A stretch of DNA of 64,000 bases from Zancudomyces culisetae HAW-14-8 (taxonomy: Eukaryota > Fungi > Kickxellomycota), in the NCBI GenBank assembly GCA_052426225.1, contig JBNJNM010000011.1, positions 3,100,001 through 3,164,000 on the forward strand. The letters are read 5' to 3'. The notes under the pieces were generated by a model. It was given only the letters and a program-made list of their open reading frames with translations. It was not told the origin of the DNA and ran no database searches. Position numbers and translations under genes: made by a program. Positions within the stretch are counted from its first letter, which is position 1. Each line of letters starts with the position of its first letter. Below are positions 1 through 10,656 of the stretch, one piece after another.

Positions 1-1139
1 GCACAATTATGTGACTTCTCCTTTTCTCTGTAAAAAACATGGAAAAATCTTGAAGCAACCTTGTATCCCATACATGAACAAACCATATTTGAAAATCGGG
101 TGCCTTTATGGTGTAGCTACAAAAGCGGATATGAAAAACTGATCAAATATATGCGTACTTCCTATTTGTTTTCATGCGAATATGTTTTTCTATTAGTTTT
201 TCGTGGCAGATTAATCTGGTGTGTGCATTTTCCAATAAAAACAGGATTGAATGTCTAGGTGGTCTTTTCTAGATGCCCTTCAATAGAATTTTGTATTTAA
301 TTTTGACTAGTATATTTACTAGAAACAAAAATTCTATTAAACATGATCTAGATTTTACATTTATTTGCTCTTTTTCCTCTAACCCAAATCCAACTCGAAT
401 AAAAACAATTTACAGAAACAAAGTAAAAAAACTGATACGCACCAATGGTGCTAACTAAGTACAACTCGCTCAGTTCTAGATTTAGGCTAATATATCTTGT
501 TGTTGTGGTTAGCAAACTTTTCATAAAAAGTAATATCAATGGGATGAAAATAATAACAGAGACAGTCAAAGCAATATAGGAACATTCCATATTGTTAATT
601 GAGAGGGGAAAGTATACCAAATAACCTATTGATACCTAAAAATGTAATATTGTGACGAGGCTTTTGCCAGTTGCTAAAATCTCGCCAAAAATTATAATTC
701 TACAAAATAAGCAAGCGAGTAGATAAATAGAACATCCCATTTTGAGAACTGACCCCTGGCATGAAACTATGCGTGAGTAGAAACCCCTTTAGCAGTGCAC
801 TGTGATTGAGTACGCACATTAATCTGCAGCAAGCCATTGGGTGTAATTTAGGCAAAAGCGAGAATGCTTCTTTTAATATAAACTCCAAGGTTTGGTTTAT
901 GGTTTATGGTTTAATAGGAAACAATATTAAGGTTCAATAGCTATAGTTATTAACAAAAACTGTTATATTCAACACAAAAAGTTTTGGGTATACAGTTCAT
1001 CTATAGATACTAAAAAGATACAGAGACTCTGAAATACTCAGATACTCGTTTCTTTGATAAAAGATTGATAAACTTAGTGTTAAATACTTGGTAAACAGCA
1101 AGAGAGAAGAGAAAAAAAGGGAAAAAATAACATAAAACG

Positions 1140-2597
1140 ATGGAGGTAAAGGATCCGTATTTTAAGAAAAGGTCAAATCTATACATAGACTTGCGAATAT
1201 GTTTGGTCGAGTTTATAGGCGTGGCAATATACACAATATGTGGATTGTGTATAACGTTGGTTATGAGTATTGATAACCACAAAAAAAGTATGTTAGAGAG
1301 TCCCGGTAAACTTAACGACAAAATAATGATATTGACCGGAGAATTGGGAGGTGTGGAAGTTAGTAGAAGAGGTATAAGCCTAAACAGTGGATTTGGGTGG
1401 GCAATTGGCACAATGATAGGAATGTACCTTCCTGTGGGGATATACAGAAACCATTTGAATCCCATTATTACGATATCAGCAGCAATATTCCGAAGATATC
1501 CATGGAGAAGAGTCCCAACAATGATTCTTGCGCAAATATTTGGTGTACTTGCAGGAATATTTGTAACGTACTCCAACTTTTCGTTGAAGTATTTAGATAA
1601 AACCACCAGTATTGGAAACAAGATTACTACAATTGGTGTTGCAACAAAGGCCAAGGGTGTCGCCGGCCTAGGAAAGCATTTCTATGCAAATGAGCTCCTC
1701 ACTGCTCCCCAGTTGGGAGAAACTGCGAAAACCGTGTTAACTAAAGCAAGTTCAACTGCAGCCAAGGTATGGCCTAGAATCCCAGTATCCATTAATGTAA
1801 AAATACAGGCGATCAAAGAAGGTGCTACTTCCACTACTTCCACCATCACTAGCGCAACTGCTACCGCAACCAATGCAGCAGTTAAGACGGGAGCTCGTGT
1901 GTTGGCGAATAACAAGGCAAAAGTGTTTGCGGGTACAAGACCATTTATAACACAATTTGGTGTAATGGGGGATTATTATGACAAGAGGATTTGGTTCATA
2001 AACATTATTGGTGGGGCAATACTGATGCTAGGATATTTTGCAATAACAGATAAAAGACAAATGCTATTCAGACCAGTGGTTCCAATAGCGGTAGGACTAT
2101 TGTTATTAACAATATTAGTGGCATTAGGTGGTATTGGAACAAAATCGATAAACACTTTTAATCCGCTTATTGAACTATTTAAGGCAATAGCTCTTCTTCT
2201 TTATCCAAATAATGGGGCACAATTAAGAAACAATGCCAGCATAGCTCAAGTAATCATTAGCATGGTGATTTGTCCACTTTTTGGAGGAATAATCGGAGGT
2301 ACGATTTTTGAATGCATCCGACCACCAAGGACCGAACTAGAGCTTAACAAGCGTTTATTACAAAGTAGTATAAGCAAATCCACCAAGGTATTCACTGGTA
2401 CCAACAGCGATGATGATGGAGACAACGAACAGGGTGATTATATTGGCGAAATTGATGCAGCTAAGCGAGGAGAGGGCATTGGCGAAGATAAAAGGGGAAG
2501 TGGTTCCAAATCGTCATTTAAATTCAGCTCTAGAAGAATACCAAGCCTTAGAAAAAACAAAAATGAGGATATAGAGATAGCACAGATAGCGGAGTAA
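1140..2597 (+). CDS. Aquaglyceroporin (MIP family, GlpF/Fps1-like), divergent
   Basis: 485-aa ORF with six hydrophobic helices. MIP-like segments: EFIG in TM1, HLNPIITI (loop B), RRYPWRRVP...AQIFG, AITDKR, TFNPLIE (loop E), ICPLFGGIIGG (TM6). Confidence 0.85.
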   Translation: MEVKDPYFKKRSNLYIDLRICLVEFIGVAIYTICGLCITLVMSIDNHKKSMLESPGKLNDKIMILTGELGGVEVSRRGISLNSGFGWAIGTMIGMYLPVGIYRNHLNPIITISAAIFRRYPWRRVPTMILAQIFGVLAGIFVTYSNFSLKYLDKTTSIGNKITTIGVATKAKGVAGLGKHFYANELLTAPQLGETAKTVLTKASSTAAKVWPRIPVSINVKIQAIKEGATSTTSTITSATATATNAAVKTGARVLANNKAKVFAGTRPFITQFGVMGDYYDKRIWFINIIGGAILMLGYFAITDKRQMLFRPVVPIAVGLLLLTILVALGGIGTKSINTFNPLIELFKAIALLLYPNNGAQLRNNASIAQVIISMVICPLFGGIIGGTIFECIRPPRTELELNKRLLQSSISKSTKVFTGTNSDDDGDNEQGDYIGEIDAAKRGEGIGEDKRGSGSKSSFKFSSRRIPSLRKNKNEDIEIAQIAE

Positions 2598-2998
2598 GGA
2601 ATTGAAAGAGGGTGCAAACAAAACTTTGTGGTTAATTTTTTTATCCTTTATTATTATTTATTTATTTAGCAATAGATATATAGCGTGGATGTGGAACTAT
2701 TTATCAACATGTTCTACACGAACGCAAATAGACAAACGCTTTCTATTAGCGTCGTTTTTTGCCAATAAGCAACTAAATGTGATAGCATTTTTCGTTATTT
2801 GTATTTGAACTAGTATTGCTACATGATTATTTGTCATTTACTTTATTTTCTTCAATAGAAAAATACGACATTGGAAATAAAGACACATGATAAAACAAAC
2901 ACATGAGTAAATGAATTAAAAGTGTATAGACAACAAATAGGAGTATAAATAAACTAAATATTCAAGTCTATTTTAAATCTAAAATAAAAATACAGAGT

Positions 2999-4414
2999 TC
3001 AGACAGATTTAATCGAAAAGTATGAATGAAATTGAGGTAAAAGATGTTTATGATGAGGTTGATAATACCATGAGAAATCGTTATTTGTACTTTTATGCGA
3101 AGCCAATAAGCGAGGAGAGTATCTGTGGTTGATATCGCAGCAAGGTGACTTTTGGCACGGGTTTGTAAGATTCTTAGATAAACGCTCTAGAAAATGGAGG
3201 CAGTCACAAAGTGAGGAAAAAGTATATCCAGTAATACGATCAAAATCTTGTGGTGAGAGAATTGGGGTGAAGAACGAAGAAATGGAAAGGTAAAAGCACG
3301 AGGCGGCCAGTTTTGAGGCGGAAAACGTGAGCGAATCGTAGCAGTGAACTGCCAAGTCAGCATAGTCACAAGCGAGAGAAAAGATGTCAGCGGAGGAAAC
3401 TGTATCTGAAAAAAGTGAAGGAAAAAAGGAGCGAGCTCGGTGGACAAAGGCTGAAATAAAATCAGGAATAACAGGAACGCATAAACTCCAGCTGGCGGCA
3501 TCGACAATTTGGAACTCGGCAGTCTTAAGCTGACTCGGAGTAAAAGCGCCCATAGAGAGTTTAGCCATATCAACAAGCTTGGGAACACATGACGACGACT
3601 CTTCCATCTTCATGGCAACATAGAGAGCAGCAGCACCATAGCATTGAAGAAGTGTTGTGGGAGTGTCACTTGTACCGCTTAGCAAAACATCCAGCAGGTA
3701 GATTGCAAGGTACAGCGTACGCCGATGTAGCAAATAATCTGCAGAAACCTCCATTAGCCAATCGATGAGAATTGGTCGCATTCGACTATTGAGCTGTGGA
3801 TGGTTTTGTAGGTAGAGTTTCGGTTTCACATGAGTGTCTTCGGCTTGTAGCATGTCTTTTACATCATTACTAGCATCAAACTCTGAAAAATCACCAATAG
3901 ATCTGGGAGTTACTGAAGACGGAGAAGGAACCTGTGGTAGACAGCAGCAACTGTATGAATGGCAATAGCAACAACACTCTTCAACACACGTATTATCTGA
4001 ATACAGTAAACTAGCACCATCATCTCCATTAACTTGAAGCGATTTTATCGACGGCAAGACTACCTGCGATTCTGACGATTTTCGCACCACATTTCCTACT
4101 TTGCCAGCTGAGTTTCTCTTCTTCTCACGCTTGACTGTTTCTTTATCAAAGACAGTTGGGTATCCATCATCAATGGTTCGAGAGCTTGTACTTCTGGTCC
4201 CACATACGTAGTACTCGTCGAATTCACAAACTGCTCCCCTTTTTCTTTTGTTGGTTCTGTCACAAAAAACTTCATTCGGGTCTTCCTGAGGATTTTTACT
4301 CACATCCATCAAGTATCTCTTTTTCCCGCCAACCACCGCACCACCACTGCGCCTTACTCGTCTTTCAAATTTTCCATTATTAAGGGTTTCCGCTTTATAT
4401 ACTATACTTTGCAT
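2999..4414 (-). CDS. Cyclin, most similar to the cyclin E/A type
   Basis: Cyclin box HPQLNSRMRPILIDWLMEV...YLLHRRTLYLA...LLQCYGAAALYVAMKMEE, a second cyclin fold at the C-terminus, and a disordered N-terminus. Confidence 0.9.
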   Translation of the reverse strand: MQSIVYKAETLNNGKFERRVRRSGGAVVGGKKRYLMDVSKNPQEDPNEVFCDRTNKRKRGAVCEFDEYYVCGTRSTSSRTIDDGYPTVFDKETVKREKKRNSAGKVGNVVRKSSESQVVLPSIKSLQVNGDDGASLLYSDNTCVEECCCYCHSYSCCCLPQVPSPSSVTPRSIGDFSEFDASNDVKDMLQAEDTHVKPKLYLQNHPQLNSRMRPILIDWLMEVSADYLLHRRTLYLAIYLLDVLLSGTSDTPTTLLQCYGAAALYVAMKMEESSSCVPKLVDMAKLSMGAFTPSQLKTAEFQIVDAASWSLCVPVIPDFISAFVHRARSFFPSLFSDTVSSADIFSLACDYADLAVHCYDSLTFSASKLAASCFYLSISSFFTPILSPQDFDRITGYTFSSLCDCLHFLERLSKNLTNPCQKSPCCDINHRYSPRLLASHKSTNNDFSWYYQPHHKHLLPQFHSYFSIKSV

Positions 4415-6972
4415 TTAACTTGCAACGGAAATTATACACTTTTGTCCTGGGCAAAAAATATATGTTTTCTGAACAATACAAATAAATTTTACTATTTTAT
4501 TATTATAATATTAATTCATTATATTTATTGATATATATTATAGTATAATATAACGTAACATTTATATTTTTATTCCATCCAAAATACAATCGTAAAATAT
4601 CTGTTATAATGTACTTTTTCTTTTGCACTGATTCGACAAGACAAAATTTATATTCTCGATCCGTGAACAAAAATTTTTTTGCCTTCCTGATTGATTTTTA
4701 AATGAAATTTTCTAGATATTTTTTTTCATCAACAATTTCAACTTGGTTCTTTCAATTCCTTTTATATAAAAATTTTTTTCTTCAATGCAAATTACACATT
4801 ACATTGCAATTGTAGAAAAAAAAAAACAGAATTGTATTGGAAATTTTTTTATTGTTGAGCTTTCTTGAAATAAATCGAACGGGAATTAGAAAAAAATATT
4901 TTTAAACCACATTCATGCATTTTCATCAAGAAAAACCAAATTTTCCAAAACCTCTTTTTTTTTGCATCGCAATGCTTGGATGTGTGTTTCGCCATCCATT
5001 TCAAGGTCGTTTTTCTTTATTTTTGGTTTTATATTGGTTTACTTGTTTCATTTGTTGAGTTTTAGGACCTTTGGCAAAAACACCAATCTTGAACTATTTA
5101 AAGATTGGCTTTAGATTAAATTATTTCACTTTTGTGTGATATTTTTTTCCGAGATATTCTACCATTTAAGTTCGGCTTTGTTTTTGTTGTAAGAGAAACG
5201 TGATGACGGTTCAATGAGAAGGTGAGGAAATTCCACCATTCCTATTTTGAAATACCATAAAAAAAATGAGTATATAAAATCCGGTAATATTTATATATTT
5301 GTCCTGAATTGAGAATGCTGATTTTACGTTATTTATAAATTCCCATTAAAAAGGATCAGACAATCCCTGTCCAATAAAAGCTAGGAAACCAAGGTATTAT
5401 AACCTGCACAATTTCTACAAATTTATCGATTTTTATTTGCATTGTCATTTAAAATAGCTGAGAAAGTGCTCAACAAGGGGTTTACCAATAGGTGAACGCG
5501 TGTAAGTTATCTATTGGGTTGCCATTGGTATTTTTAAACCACAAATCTGATTATAACCCAACATAGCATGAAGTTTGACAGCTTTGGCGACTATTCGTAA
5601 TTTTGTGTCGGAATTATTATTGTTTTTTAGTATGCCATTGTTTCTCGCCTTCTAGAGTAAAAAAAAACCAAAGCCCACTTAACAATAGAATTATTTAGAT
5701 TCAGAACCATGTAGTGAAAAATATAAACTAAAAGAAACAAATGGTGAAATAAAGAAAATTCGATTTTCAAAAAGAGGATGAAATGAGGCTGGATTGAAAC
5801 AATGAGTAAATATGATAAACCGGTTATTGCAAAGAACAAAAATTTCATAAAAATGCATTTTTTCTGATGGCAAGCCTAGAAAATAAATAGAGGTTACTAT
5901 TCTCAAATATACTATCCTTATAAGAAGACATTCTTAATGGAAAAAAAAAGACCATAGCGCGAGAAATTTCTTGGCAAAATCAGATATACAACCCAGTTGA
6001 AAAGGAATTGGGGCAATTCAAATTTTTCTCATGGTAATAAGTTTAGTCTACGCCAAGCATAAACCAACTTTAGGTAATGTTACCAGCATTTGGCATCCGA
6101 TACCTGTATATCATGCACATAAATTTATCACCAGACTTAAGACTAAAAAAAATAAAGGATACATTTGTGGTTCATCTGTTTATGCTTAGTTTTAAGCCTT
6201 TATGTTGATGATAAATGAAGTGGTTTATTGAATTTTATCTTTCTTCCATCATTATGAGATACAGTATTGGTTATTCTTGCAAGTATTTTCGTGATGCGTA
6301 TAATATTAGAAAACTCTATTTTCAGTATTTATGAAAATGTGATAAACTCTCTAAACAGATCACTACTCAGCATGCACTTTAAAATGAGAATGGTATAAGG
6401 AAATCCTAAACGCGAAGTAGCGAATCCACTGTGTGAATCCATTATAAAACTAATTAGTGGTGTAACCATACTCAAAGGATGAAGAAAGCCTCGTAAAATA
6501 AAAGAAAGAATAGGGAATCTGTAAAGGAAAAGAAGAGTGTGTACATAGCTGATCACGTCCGTTCCTAAGCAGCCTCAGAGACCTTAGAACTGGGAGTAAT
6601 GGCGGGAGCAGAGCTAGTGTTAGAGTTAGTGTGTTGTAGTAGTGAGGGTGGTGGTAGTTTAAGGTTGTGGCTATGGCTATGGTTTAGAAGTATTCAAAGA
6701 ATATGTAAATAAAAGTCTGTATAATTCAACCAATTAATTGGCGAAAAATTTAAAAAACATTGAAAAAGCATCAAGGGAAAAAATAATCTTTTTTTTTTGA
6801 ATCTACGCGATCAGTAGGAAAGGTACATCTTTATCCCTTTACTTAACGATCGAAACACTGACTATAAAGTCGAACAACTGGTGAACGCATACAGAAAGCA
6901 TTGCTTATAAATAAAAAGCTGGGTACGACACAGATATATTGATCGCATTTCCATCTCTTCAACTTGGCGCGG

Positions 6973-9207
6973 ATGATCAAGAAAATGCCGATAGGTTCGC
7001 GATTACAGAAGCAGTATAAGAATCCCTTAAAGCCGGCGAATAAACGGAAAAGGGATGAAAATCACGCAGTGATCGTGAGAAAAAGGGATGCAGATAATAT
7101 AGGACTCACAGAAGGGAAGCGGGTGGATAGTCATAGTCATAGTCATAAAAGCGAGCCCGGATCCTCTAAGCGATTGAAAGGACAGTCAGCAAATGCACGT
7201 AAAAAGGGAGAGAAGGAAAAAAAGAGCGAAACTCAGGAGTATGTACATCCAAAAACTGGGATTCAGGTCAGGGGTAAACATAGAGCAAGGCGGGGTGGAG
7301 GTGTGGATAGGAGAGGAGGTAAAGGTAGGAGTAAAGGTGGCGTGGGAGGAGGAGGTGATGGTGCTAGGGATAGAGTCGGAATACGAGTATCGGATGACAC
7401 TAATGGTGTAGATCATGAGTTAAAAATAGAACATACTCTAGACACGCATGGTGAAAAACGAGATATAAAAGAAGTATCAGAGAAATCAAAAAAGTTGGAA
7501 GGGACAGGTTATGACCTCAGAAACAAGGAAAAATCCCTAGGGGAGCAGAAGGAGGTGTCCGATGCGAATGAAAAGCAGGACAGTGCGAAAAATATAAACG
7601 AACATGTGGATGTGGAAGGAGGGGGGGAGCGCCATCAATTGGAAAAAGCAGGACAGATTATCAGGAATACTGGAGGCCTTGAGAAGGAGGAAGGGAAAAA
7701 AAGAGATAAAGAATGGGATTATGCCATGCATTTACAATTTATAGAAAAAGTCCTGGAGAGGCTAGCCGAACTGAAAAGTACATCGAAAAAATGGTACGAA
7801 AAAACGAAACGCGATGAGTCTATAGAGAACCTTTTGCAGGGCTTTCATGGAACCCGGCGAAATATAGCCGGGGATTCGCTATTTTTATATAAGGAGGAGG
7901 TAGGAATAAATAGCCAGATAGCGGAAAAAAGTAACCTGGTAACCGTGATGGGGCTAATATGTTTTCCTAACCTGTACATGAAAGATGTAAAGGGCAAGTG
8001 GGCGAATGAATATAATAATGAGCTGGCGCAGGCATCACAGAATAGCTCAGCAGAAAATGAATACCAAACGAAAGTGAGGTGGACAACATTTGGTGTGCTA
8101 ATGCTACTAGACTGCCAGCTAGAGTGGCTAGAGCTTGACAAAGCGTTAGTCGGATTAATGGTGGAAATGCTGACATATCTATCCTTATATTCAACAAACA
8201 TTGATATCAATCAGAGAAGAAGTGTGGAGTCTAGTCATCAAACCGACAGCCATTCTGGAAATCAGAGACTTGGGTTCGGATATGCTGAGTCCGTTAACTA
8301 CTTTTTTGAAAGCGGTGACACAAGTTTGTCAAGCATACTCAATGATTCTAATGTTTATAAATATTACACCGACCAGGCTAAAAAGAGAGTCCACAGACTG
8401 TTGGCATTGAAAAATGTCAAGGCTGCCAAGAGTAAATATCATATTGAGAAGTTTCTTTGCGACACTTCTGAATGTCTACTCGAAAAGTTGCTAAACATGA
8501 AGGTTGGCTTGGAAAGCGAACTGTTAATGAAAAATCCGCCATCAAAACCTGTTAAGGAAAAGCTGGGTGGTAGCCAGCTGGCAGCGACACCTGAATCGCA
8601 CTTTGGTGGTGACAAGCAGAGTGTAGGTACTTTACAAAAAGCCTCATCAAGACCAGCTGCTCAACAAAAGAGAGGTACCTCCACTTTGCAGTTATCAGTA
8701 CACAACAGCCAAGATGAGCCCACTATCCCACAGCCAACTGGTTTCTACAGTCAGGATGAGGTTGGGTCTGACATTGAATGTTCGACTGAAAGCGATGAGC
8801 ATGCTGGTAAACCACCCCGCTTGCAAGGAGAAACCAAACCAGAAGCATACCCAGGCGTTGAGGTTCTTATGGAAATAGCTACCGAAACGCATATAAATGA
8901 TGTGGAAAGAAGCGAGGCTTCTAAACTGCGCATTCAAACCATCCTTTCCACCATCCGTACATATCACGGTATCAATCCTTTACGGAAGGGCTGGACAAAA
9001 GAGGAAATTTTGTGCTTGGATGGCTGTGTGGAGATGTATATGCGGCCAGCTTATGCCCTTTTTCTGAACTTGCATGGAGAAAGTGGTGTGTGCTCGCATG
9101 TTTTAAAGGATAGGACTAGCGTTAACTTGAAAGACAAGGTCAGGAACAACGTCCGAGCTCTTGAAAAAGCCGGCGTCGAGCTGGGCCCTTACAGATATTT
9201 TTTGTAA
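6973..9207 (+). CDS. Telobox Myb-domain protein (Tbf1/TRF-like telomere-repeat binding factor)
   Basis: Long ORF, first ATG at 6973. C-terminal WTKEEILCL...LNLHGESG...LKDRTSVNLKDKVRN resembles the Tbf1/TRF telobox (RTxVxLKDKxRN). Basic, low-complexity N-terminus. Confidence 0.7.
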   Translation: MIKKMPIGSRLQKQYKNPLKPANKRKRDENHAVIVRKRDADNIGLTEGKRVDSHSHSHKSEPGSSKRLKGQSANARKKGEKEKKSETQEYVHPKTGIQVRGKHRARRGGGVDRRGGKGRSKGGVGGGGDGARDRVGIRVSDDTNGVDHELKIEHTLDTHGEKRDIKEVSEKSKKLEGTGYDLRNKEKSLGEQKEVSDANEKQDSAKNINEHVDVEGGGERHQLEKAGQIIRNTGGLEKEEGKKRDKEWDYAMHLQFIEKVLERLAELKSTSKKWYEKTKRDESIENLLQGFHGTRRNIAGDSLFLYKEEVGINSQIAEKSNLVTVMGLICFPNLYMKDVKGKWANEYNNELAQASQNSSAENEYQTKVRWTTFGVLMLLDCQLEWLELDKALVGLMVEMLTYLSLYSTNIDINQRRSVESSHQTDSHSGNQRLGFGYAESVNYFFESGDTSLSSILNDSNVYKYYTDQAKKRVHRLLALKNVKAAKSKYHIEKFLCDTSECLLEKLLNMKVGLESELLMKNPPSKPVKEKLGGSQLAATPESHFGGDKQSVGTLQKASSRPAAQQKRGTSTLQLSVHNSQDEPTIPQPTGFYSQDEVGSDIECSTESDEHAGKPPRLQGETKPEAYPGVEVLMEIATETHINDVERSEASKLRIQTILSTIRTYHGINPLRKGWTKEEILCLDGCVEMYMRPAYALFLNLHGESGVCSHVLKDRTSVNLKDKVRNNVRALEKAGVELGPYRYFL

Positions 9208-9578
9208 CGCTCTTTTATTTATTTGTCATTTTGTTTTGTACAATAACTAGCTGAAAATGTAAACAATATATTCATTAAATTGATCAAAATTGCGGTTTTT
9301 TTGCTTATTAAAAAAATTTTTTCTTTGATTTTGAAATCACTGTCACCACCGATAGTTTACGATAAAAAAAAATTCCCAAAAGCCCTAAACATACCCAAGA
9401 TCCACTGCAACATATTCACTAAAAAAAAAATTGAAAAAAACCACTGATATCAAATATCAACAATAGAGCATTAATTTTTAATTAGCCATACTAGAGGAAT
9501 ACAAAGTAAAATTTGAATTCCATAAAGTACGCAGAAAGAACGAAGAAAAAAAAGTAGGAAAAGGGATAATAGAGGAAA

Positions 9579-10478
9579 ATGCCAATAAAAAGATCACATC
9601 GGTTAAAACTGTCGAGGGGATTGATACGAATGAGCTGGAGTAAATACAACTTGTACATGTTGGCTACAAAACCCAGAAATTTGATTGCCACGACAGGAAG
9701 AAATAGTTCAAGCCGGAAAACAGTGTTTCAACAACAATTTCTAGCAAAAAAGGAAACCCGTGCGTATCATGATAGTCATATTACGGAAAAAACATGGTTG
9801 AAAGTCTTTAATGAAAATTTGCCAGCAATCAGCACCAAATTAACTAGGCAAAAGCAAAATTCAAAGAATCAACAGCATATCAGTCCAACATCCCTTCTAT
9901 ATGCTGATCTTGAGCGTCGTGTTGATTTCATCGTGTTTCGTTCACATTTTGCGAGCTCAGTCTGGAATGCACGCCGAATGGTTCTCCAAGGCCATGTAAA
10001 GCTCAATGGAAAAGTATTTAGAAAGCCAGGACATCGGGTATCTGATGGTGATGTTATCACGGTTGATCCATATGTCATTCCTACACTAGTAGATCCCGTC
10101 AACTCGAAATCGACTGAAAACAGCAAACAGGATCAGCCACAAGAAAGTACTGAATCACAAGATACTCCCACAACCTTGTCCGAAAATGAGACTAAATCTC
10201 AAGCAGAGTCAGGAACAGAAAGCGTTATATTAAACACACTCAAAAAAACACGCGGTGAGCATTACGCCTTTAAACCGTTCCCATATCAACAACCATTTAT
10301 GTTTTTACCTGAATATCTCGAGGTGAACTATAACATTTGCTCAACAATGTTTTTGCGCAGCCCTACACTTAAGCCTAATGGTTCGAACTGCGATCTACCC
10401 TCACCATTCCCGCCAGATTTGCACTCATTGGCATATTTATACTATCTTAAGCGAGGAAGAAGGTCTTCAAGAGTTTAA
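9579..10478 (+). CDS. NAM9: Mitochondrial ribosomal protein uS4m (Nam9-like)
   Basis: N-terminal LSRGLIRMSWSKYNLY and S4 domain LERRVDFIVFRSHFASSVWNARRMVLQGHVKLNGK...PGHRVSDGDVITV. C-terminal PFMFLPEYLEVNYNICS...YLYY. Confidence 0.9.
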   Translation: MPIKRSHRLKLSRGLIRMSWSKYNLYMLATKPRNLIATTGRNSSSRKTVFQQQFLAKKETRAYHDSHITEKTWLKVFNENLPAISTKLTRQKQNSKNQQHISPTSLLYADLERRVDFIVFRSHFASSVWNARRMVLQGHVKLNGKVFRKPGHRVSDGDVITVDPYVIPTLVDPVNSKSTENSKQDQPQESTESQDTPTTLSENETKSQAESGTESVILNTLKKTRGEHYAFKPFPYQQPFMFLPEYLEVNYNICSTMFLRSPTLKPNGSNCDLPSPFPPDLHSLAYLYYLKRGRRSSRV

Positions 10479-10567
10479 AATAAACAAAAAATACATAGTT
10501 TACTATATTTTATTGAATCAAGTATCTTGTTGCTACAGTTAAAAGTTGATGCGTTATCTTTGAAGTG

Positions 10568-10594
10568 AATAAATAAATAAATAAATAAATAAAT
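10568..10594 (+). repeat. (AAAT)n microsatellite between convergent genes
   Basis: aataaataaataaataaataaataaat read directly from the sequence. Confidence 0.9.
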
Positions 10595-10656
10595 GCGTAA
10601 AAGTTGCGAAATTTGTGAAATGCTATCTATCAGAAATACAATGCTAGGTAAATAAG

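Noticed and set aside
61-900. Short hydrophobic ORFs at the window start
   Set aside because: No motifs, composition typical of AT-rich non-coding DNA, and no coherent exon chain.
5496-6750. MCB (ACGCGT at 5496) and E2F-like (TTGGCGAAAA near 6738) sites between the cyclin and telobox genes
   Set aside because: Single, scattered short matches far from the ATG, not distinguishable from background without conservation data.
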